A stretch of DNA of 11,238 nucleotides from a virus. Lineage: Duplodnaviria > Heunggongvirae > Uroviricota > Caudoviricetes. The translations under genes were made by a program, and so were the position numbers. The stretch covers positions 1 to 11,238 of IMG/VR virus record IMGVR_UViG_3300005613_000041; one strand, 5' to 3'. The notes beneath the pieces are model-generated. The model was not told the origin of the DNA, did no database searches, and saw nothing but the letters and a program-made list of their open reading frames with translations. The stretch's first letter is position 1. The number at the start of each line of letters is the position of its first letter. This document shows, one piece after another, positions 6,801 through 11,238 of the stretch.

Positions 6801-9151
6801 CTAAAATGATTAGTGAAGAATATCCAAGAGGACTTAATCTTGCTACGAGAGATACTGATATGGTATCAACACCAACGATAGACACACCTTGGGGATGTAA
6901 CTTAGGTAACTCTTTATCAGATGATGCCATTGTATGGTTTGCTGATAGATTGACTAATATATTTTTTGAATCTAATATTAATATTAATCTTCGTACTAGT
7001 ATAACATCACTTAACAATGATTTCATTAATCCATTAAATGATGGAGGTAACGAAGAATACGAACTCGATCATGAAGATCTATTAAGTGATCTGAAGGTAA
7101 ACTTAAAAGGATTTGATGAGGAAGAATTTAGACAATATTTAATTGAAAAATTAACCATCATTGATGTAGAACATGATAATGGTAGATTATACAAAGGTTA
7201 TTCTACAGCAGAATGGTATGATGTAAATCCAGATTATCATAGAAAGAATGAAGAAAAAGTATATATACATCTTCCAGTTAATTATACTTGTTGTACTGAA
7301 GATTCTAATGATGAAAGATTTTATAATAACAGGGTGTGGTATTCTCAACAAAGCTTTCAAGAAGAAGCTTCTGATAATTACAGAGTATTTTTAACAAATA
7401 ATTATAAAGACATTGAAGCTGAGTGTGGAGAAATTACTAATATTTTTAGAAAAAGTGATGAATTATTTATGCACACTACAGAAGGATTATGGAAGTTACC
7501 AGCTAACCTTCAAGAAAAAATAACAACTGATGGATTAACTACATATATTGGAACAGGTGAATTTTTATCTATACCTCCTAAAAAGATTAATGATCAAGTA
7601 GGAAATTTAGGTAGTCAACAAAAACATGCAACTATAATTACTAAATATGGAATATTTTTTGTTAACGAAATTGAAGGTAAAATTTATTTACTAAGTGATA
7701 ATCTGAGAGATATTACTAACAGTATGTCATCTTGGTTTAAAAATAATCTTATCTCAAATCTTAGTAATCAAATTTATGATAGTTGTGGTTGTGATTGGGA
7801 TAATGATAACATGTCTAGTATAGATGGTACTGGTATTATTTCAACATTTGATCCAAAAAATGATAGAATACTTTTAACAAAAAAAGATTATAGCATAATT
7901 GACAATAGTTCTTTCAAAGGTCAATTAAATAATAATTCTAGTGATTATGAAGTAGACGATATGGTTCTCGAAAATGGTAAATTCTATAAAATTACAAACA
8001 TTGAATATACAGAAGTTTTTAATGAAGGATTTAATAATTTTATAGAAGATGAAGTAGTTACTATTAATACTATAAGCTTACCTAGTTCTACATCTGAACT
8101 AGGCGGTAGTGTTGTTAGAGATAATTTTGAAATGGAAAAAGGTGTTTTTTACTATACTCCTCCTGACATCGAAGGTGAGTTTACAGATACAATAATCATT
8201 AATACCAGTATTAATAAATGTAATTCAGATAAAGTTATAGTGAATGTGACTGGAGAACCAAATGTTGGAGAAAGTTTGTGGAATTTGGAAGATGGAGCTT
8301 ATGATCCTTCACCAGTAACATCTAATCAAATTATTGTATATGATAAATATCTTAAAATTGAAAGAGCTTTTGTTCCAAGTTGTTCTGATAATTTAGACGA
8401 CACCGTAGCCAAAAACATATTGTATATTGGAACGGACGAAGCAAATCCCCAATTTGAATCTTTATGGTTCAATTGTCTTGGTAGTTATTTTAGCAATAAA
8501 GGTTGGATAGGAGACCATAATCCTGTTGATAGAATAAGTCTTGATAGAGATTATTGTTCATATGATGTTAATAGAAATGGTAACAATATGATCTATGGTC
8601 AAGCTAATTGTGGAGCTTTCAATAATATGACAAATAGTAATATTTTCATTGAAACATTAAGTGAGGATATTGATAATTCAGAATATGACATCAATTTAAA
8701 AGTTTGGTTTGCTGATAGTGATGTTTCATTCGAAGGATGGATTCCAATGACTAAAACTAAATCTGGTGGTTATTCTACGAATAGTTATGCTTATATACCT
8801 TATATTGATTGGTATATTCATACTGTACCAAGAGTTGTATTAATTAATGAGTATTATAATAAGTTTGACTTACAGATTCCAAATGGTACTGGAACTATCA
8901 GATTTAAAGATAATATTACAGTTGGTCATAAAGTCACTATTGAATATTTAGATGAACGATTCATTATAGATAAAATGTCAAACTTTAATGAAAACATTAA
9001 TGACACTTATGACTTTTATTTGGGAGAAATAGATTATACAACAAGAGCTTTTATTACCATTACGATAGAAGCTGATTGGAAAAATCCTGAAGGTCAATCA
9101 AACTTCAATAAAAAAATTGACTTTGAAATAGAATATATAGAAGATACTTAA
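3806..9151 (+). CDS. Muzzle / tail stabilization protein (crAss-like Tstab, P22 gp10-like), N-terminal part, with a C-terminal Ig-like/unknown extension
   Basis: 1781 aa. Muzzle-type motifs: KGLNTDSS...YRYALN, LNFN...VYWVDGLN, PGSYSFAIQY, GYMPGDVYSFGIIY, IRHHKFP, NYTCC...RVWYSQQS, FDPKNDRILLTKKDY (aa 1348-1362). The family's terminal SWTISYS...WISFHSY block is absent here and appears in the next ORF. Confidence 0.8.
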   Translation: MKDKNIQTPIKGLNTDSSPINQPEGTYRYALNSINSSKDGKIGMLSKESGNVPVAQLSDGYIPIGHIYITDNSIVIFSVNDSENRSEIGIFDKNSDYTLIVNSGELNFNIRHQIEGEYRLRNGERIVYWVDGLNNARVFNLDKPSTYWSTAFTNWLENGNPESSFDGEKWNIAKFELVKIYEKIPTFENIEILYGGYIKPGSYSFAIQYLDEDLNPSNWNNTSNPVNIYSDNLKDEYHTIRGSRNIDSAVMTYGVSNKSIKLTVGNLDANYQYYRIAIIQANEMKGLATKAYVSEIKSINDPVYVYNGYDEVLTETPLEDILVEKELILAASHIEQLENRLLLSKGKVDDVNWCSFQRYASKINSHLSLKRVYLNTINDSSNPKNPISTFDSVGYMPGDVYSFGIIYLMKNGTLSPVFHIPGRNKNYIRKNNNGLDDNMDYYETTYSSYPEIHKCPSNKDYWGQDAYGEQLVNKPIRHHKFPSRGSRNIPVFDTSDEAVEIKKYTLKVKIALKDGETYPLNVLTGEPLIVDYKCLYKLSDNESTNEYSDTLNELLTYKNAEITLYSGDNTIEKINGNNGIMYGEITEHTDKFEWKFSVEEEIVETLDPAYYTDIMGIRFDTIEKPHEDVVGYYIVRQKKQDSDRLILDNAIFGLIDNRNVSGIGNYKVFNKWITTNSVSSSGTTVDNQHLYFFSPIHQFNNENLVFDDIEINGYYDLSNKMTSFNGGIPPSDSDYDRRKYSVVVEDVMEGTTFNPSIHEDNDTDGFSLLIGYRNCNGDYKNITSEYSFLQTTENESAIDDIIYLNAASNKKYSDRIIYNASMDNKIGIIKFKKPLFSSSAEKVRLFGDTHQARVLYGSLKRTNTSAYSNFMDRNYYKEHNNVILFKNSGMGNSVSLFNGDAYVSPMNLVSMTYYDMLFASRKLKEKEKKSGGILGTVLTVVGVAATIFTAGAAAGVFGAGLAATFGSATTLTGALALSSSAISAGISMNKSGINVESAAKMISEEYPRGLNLATRDTDMVSTPTIDTPWGCNLGNSLSDDAIVWFADRLTNIFFESNININLRTSITSLNNDFINPLNDGGNEEYELDHEDLLSDLKVNLKGFDEEEFRQYLIEKLTIIDVEHDNGRLYKGYSTAEWYDVNPDYHRKNEEKVYIHLPVNYTCCTEDSNDERFYNNRVWYSQQSFQEEASDNYRVFLTNNYKDIEAECGEITNIFRKSDELFMHTTEGLWKLPANLQEKITTDGLTTYIGTGEFLSIPPKKINDQVGNLGSQQKHATIITKYGIFFVNEIEGKIYLLSDNLRDITNSMSSWFKNNLISNLSNQIYDSCGCDWDNDNMSSIDGTGIISTFDPKNDRILLTKKDYSIIDNSSFKGQLNNNSSDYEVDDMVLENGKFYKITNIEYTEVFNEGFNNFIEDEVVTINTISLPSSTSELGGSVVRDNFEMEKGVFYYTPPDIEGEFTDTIIINTSINKCNSDKVIVNVTGEPNVGESLWNLEDGAYDPSPVTSNQIIVYDKYLKIERAFVPSCSDNLDDTVAKNILYIGTDEANPQFESLWFNCLGSYFSNKGWIGDHNPVDRISLDRDYCSYDVNRNGNNMIYGQANCGAFNNMTNSNIFIETLSEDIDNSEYDINLKVWFADSDVSFEGWIPMTKTKSGGYSTNSYAYIPYIDWYIHTVPRVVLINEYYNKFDLQIPNGTGTIRFKDNITVGHKVTIEYLDERFIIDKMSNFNENINDTYDFYLGEIDYTTRAFITITIEADWKNPEGQSNFNKKIDFEIEYIEDT

Positions 9152-9152
9152 T

Positions 9153-11186
9153 ATGGATATTATTACTACAGTTAGTAAAGGAGAGAGAGATGAAGGACTT
9201 TTAGGTAAGTATTACAATAATACAAGTATGTCTGGAGATCCTGTATTAACACGGATTGATGAAACTATTAATTTTGAATGGTCTTATAACAGTCCCGGTC
9301 TTGGTGTCGCATTAGATTATTTTTCAGTTGTTTGGGAAGGTAAAGTGTATGCTCCTTTTACTGGAAATTATATATTTACTACATTTAATGATGATGGTGT
9401 AAGACTATATGTTAATAATGTTTTAATTATAAATGATTGGAATCATCATCCTGTAACTAGAAATGATTCACCAGCAGTATCATTAACAGCTGGTAATTGG
9501 TATACAATTAAATTAGAATATTTTGAGTTACATACTATAGCTACTATAAAATTATTATGGTCTTATGATAAAATTACAGATCAAATTATACCCAAAACAT
9601 ATTTAACTATTCCAGATTCAGCGGTTATACCAATAAAAACTTCTAAAATTTCTTTAGCAGGAAGTTACAAGGTAAACACTTGGAATAAGAATTATATTAA
9701 TAATGGATTGAATGGTGAATATTTTAATAATACTGATCTATCTGGTAATCCAGTATTAGAAAGAATAGATAATCAAATAAACTTCAATTGGATTGAATCA
9801 AGTCCTGATGCACTTGTCAATAATGATGGTTTCTCAGTCAGGTGGACAGGTTATATACAACCGCCTGTGGATGAAGAATATATATTTGGTATTTCATCTG
9901 ATGATGGCGCTAAGTTAATTCTTAATGGATCAACTATCATAGATAATTGGACTAACTATAATGAAGATGATTTTATGATTTCTGTTCCAGTACAATTATA
10001 TAAAGATACATTATATCCAATAACAATTGAATATTTTGAAAATACTGAAAAGGCAAGAATCTCATTATTATGGTCCTATAAAAATATTGTTAATCAAGTT
10101 ATATCAACAGATCATTTATATACTTCTGATACTGTTTCAAAAATAGAAACAGTATCTCATTTTACTGGAATTAATTCATTTATTAGATATAGTTCTAATC
10201 TTGAAATTAATAAACTTTATAGATTTAATTATGAGATTATAAATAATTCTGAATGTATGGGTGTTAGATTGATTGCTGGTAATACTAAAGGTGAGTGGAA
10301 AACAATTGGTGGTACATATAGTGATACATTATTATTATCAGGTAACAATGAAATTGCATTTGAGGGATATGGTGAGTTTACAATTCAAAATTTCACAATA
10401 GAATTATATGAAATTTCAAAAGATAGAATATATCTTTCTGATGATACTTTGTTCGAAAATAAATCATGGACTATTAGTTATTCATTAAGACTTGATGATT
10501 GGATTAGCTTTCATAGCTATATACCGGATTATTACATATCAACGTTAAAAAATTATTATTCTTTAATTCAAAATAATTATATTTATGAACATAATGATCA
10601 TTCAAGTTATGCTAGATTTTATGAACAAAATTTTCCACATATTATTGAATTAGTATCTAATAAAAATCCAGCTAATAGTAAAGTTTGGGATAATATTGAA
10701 ATAGATTTAACAACAAGAATATATGATAGTGATACAGATGAGTTCAAGAATTCTTCATTAGAGTTTTTTGATAAAGCAATCATATATAATTCTAAACAAT
10801 CAACAGGAGAAATAAATATTATTAACAATGAGTTTTCATCTGATTATTTGATGGATCAAATTACTGATACTCAAGATAGTGTAATAGCTGATAAAAATGA
10901 AAATACTTGGAGTTTAAATAATATTAGAGATAATGTAGCTATTTATGATCAACCTTTATTTACTAAAGCTTGGAATTACATTAAAGCAAGTTTCCCAATA
11001 GATAAAGTTGTAAATCCAACTGCTTATACTGAAGGTACAATAATAGATTTTAGTAAAGAATGGACTGATAAACAACCTCTTAGAGATAAATATATAATTA
11101 TACGATTAATAAATAGTAATACAAATGAATCTATTCAATTTATAACTAACTATAGTATAGAAGAAACAACAAATTCAATAAGATAA
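9153..11186 (+). CDS. Tandem PA14-domain protein fused to the C-terminal part of the muzzle protein
   Basis: 677 aa. Two PA14 domains (aa ~14-151 and ~185-323), a beta-rich segment (aa ~335-420), then FENKSWTISYSLRLDDWISFHSYIPDYY (from aa 434), FPHIIELVSN, FDKAIIYNSKQSTGEI and PLRDKYIIIRL, all typical of crAss-like muzzle C-termini. Confidence 0.8.
   Translation: MDIITTVSKGERDEGLLGKYYNNTSMSGDPVLTRIDETINFEWSYNSPGLGVALDYFSVVWEGKVYAPFTGNYIFTTFNDDGVRLYVNNVLIINDWNHHPVTRNDSPAVSLTAGNWYTIKLEYFELHTIATIKLLWSYDKITDQIIPKTYLTIPDSAVIPIKTSKISLAGSYKVNTWNKNYINNGLNGEYFNNTDLSGNPVLERIDNQINFNWIESSPDALVNNDGFSVRWTGYIQPPVDEEYIFGISSDDGAKLILNGSTIIDNWTNYNEDDFMISVPVQLYKDTLYPITIEYFENTEKARISLLWSYKNIVNQVISTDHLYTSDTVSKIETVSHFTGINSFIRYSSNLEINKLYRFNYEIINNSECMGVRLIAGNTKGEWKTIGGTYSDTLLLSGNNEIAFEGYGEFTIQNFTIELYEISKDRIYLSDDTLFENKSWTISYSLRLDDWISFHSYIPDYYISTLKNYYSLIQNNYIYEHNDHSSYARFYEQNFPHIIELVSNKNPANSKVWDNIEIDLTTRIYDSDTDEFKNSSLEFFDKAIIYNSKQSTGEINIINNEFSSDYLMDQITDTQDSVIADKNENTWSLNNIRDNVAIYDQPLFTKAWNYIKASFPIDKVVNPTAYTEGTIIDFSKEWTDKQPLRDKYIIIRLINSNTNESIQFITNYSIEETTNSIR
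9192..9605 (+). repeat. PA14 domain copy 1
   Basis: GLLGKYYNN...RIDETINFEW...FSVVWEG...Y.F...NDDGVRLYVN...YTIKLEYFE...IKLLWS. DDG at codons 80-82. Confidence 0.88.
9705..10121 (+). repeat. PA14 domain copy 2
   Basis: GLNGEYFNN...RIDNQINFNW...FSVRWTG...Y.F...SDDGAKLILN...YPITIEYFE...ISLLWS. DDG at codons 250-252. 16/24 identical residues with copy 1 over the YYNNT...INFEW block. Confidence 0.88.
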
Positions 11187-11187
11187 C

Positions 11188-11238
11188 ATGAATATATTAC
11201 CAACAATACTAAACACTGGAGCTAGTGCTTTAGGTAAA
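11188..11238 (+). CDS. 5' start of next gene (truncated by window); possibly a virion cargo/ejection protein
   Basis: ATG 1 nt after the TAA at 11184-11186, open to the window end (MNILPTILNTGASALGK). The product guess rests only on position after the muzzle in crAss-like genomes. Confidence 0.55.
   Translation, partial: MNILPTILNTGASALGK

Larger units (their letters stand above)
450..11238 (+). mobile_element. crAss-like (Crassvirales-related) phage tail/structural gene module
   Basis: The order ring protein, IHF-like protein, tail tubular protein, tail stabilization/muzzle protein is the conserved crAss-like tail block. All genes are co-oriented with overlaps or 1-nt gaps, and the DNA is very AT-rich. 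Confidence 0.85.

Noticed and set aside
6544-7026. 160-aa minus-strand ORF
   Set aside because: Antisense to the Gly/Ala-rich part of the muzzle, where locally higher GC suppresses reverse-strand stops. No independent support.
7855-7886. A-runs near the start of the muzzle insertion as a programmed frameshift site
   Set aside because: A6-A8 runs are frequent in this AT-rich, Lys-rich DNA. No stimulatory structure or useful alternative frame was evident.
9178-9204. (GA)5 tract as a phase-variation site, and AAGGAG followed by ATG at 9190 as an alternative start
   Set aside because: Five units is short and simply encodes G-E-R-D. The ATG is out of frame and stops after four codons.
2611-10828. 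Other short nested ORFs (2611-2802, 4263-4454, 4904-5215, 10619-10828 on minus; 5037-5219 on plus)
   Set aside because: All lie wholly within long motif-bearing genes and show no recognisable domains.
90-11238. DGR template repeat or reverse transcriptase
   Set aside because: No AAC-rich copy of 1-89 and no RT motifs (e.g. YxDD in an RT context) were seen. The DDG motifs belong to PA14 domains.

Overview
The window is almost entirely a + strand, tightly packed virion tail module of an AT-rich crAss-like (Crassvirales-related) phage, probably of a Bacteroidota host. Family assignments are from motif recognition by eye, not database searches. Gene order: orphan (102 aa), PD-(D/E)XK nuclease, small membrane protein, ring protein, IHF/HU-like protein, tail tubular/ring protein, muzzle (tail stabilization) protein, then the start of a further gene. 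Three things stand out. (1) The muzzle appears split across two genes (1781 aa + 677 aa). The break lies inside a ~850-aa insertion carrying an Ig/cadherin-like segment, two tandem PA14 lectin-type domains and a possible CBM-like domain. (2) The first muzzle gene contains a 58-residue uncharged Gly/Ala stretch resembling a membrane hairpin. (3) Bases 1-~430 are a compositionally foreign segment (221/420 = 53% GC by hand count, versus ~15-32% in sampled 60-mers downstream). It holds the 3' end of an Mtd-like gene resembling a diversity-generating retroelement (DGR) variable repeat, plus a 79-aa gene. No reverse transcriptase, template repeat, tRNA, rRNA or CRISPR array was seen. The standard genetic code fits.
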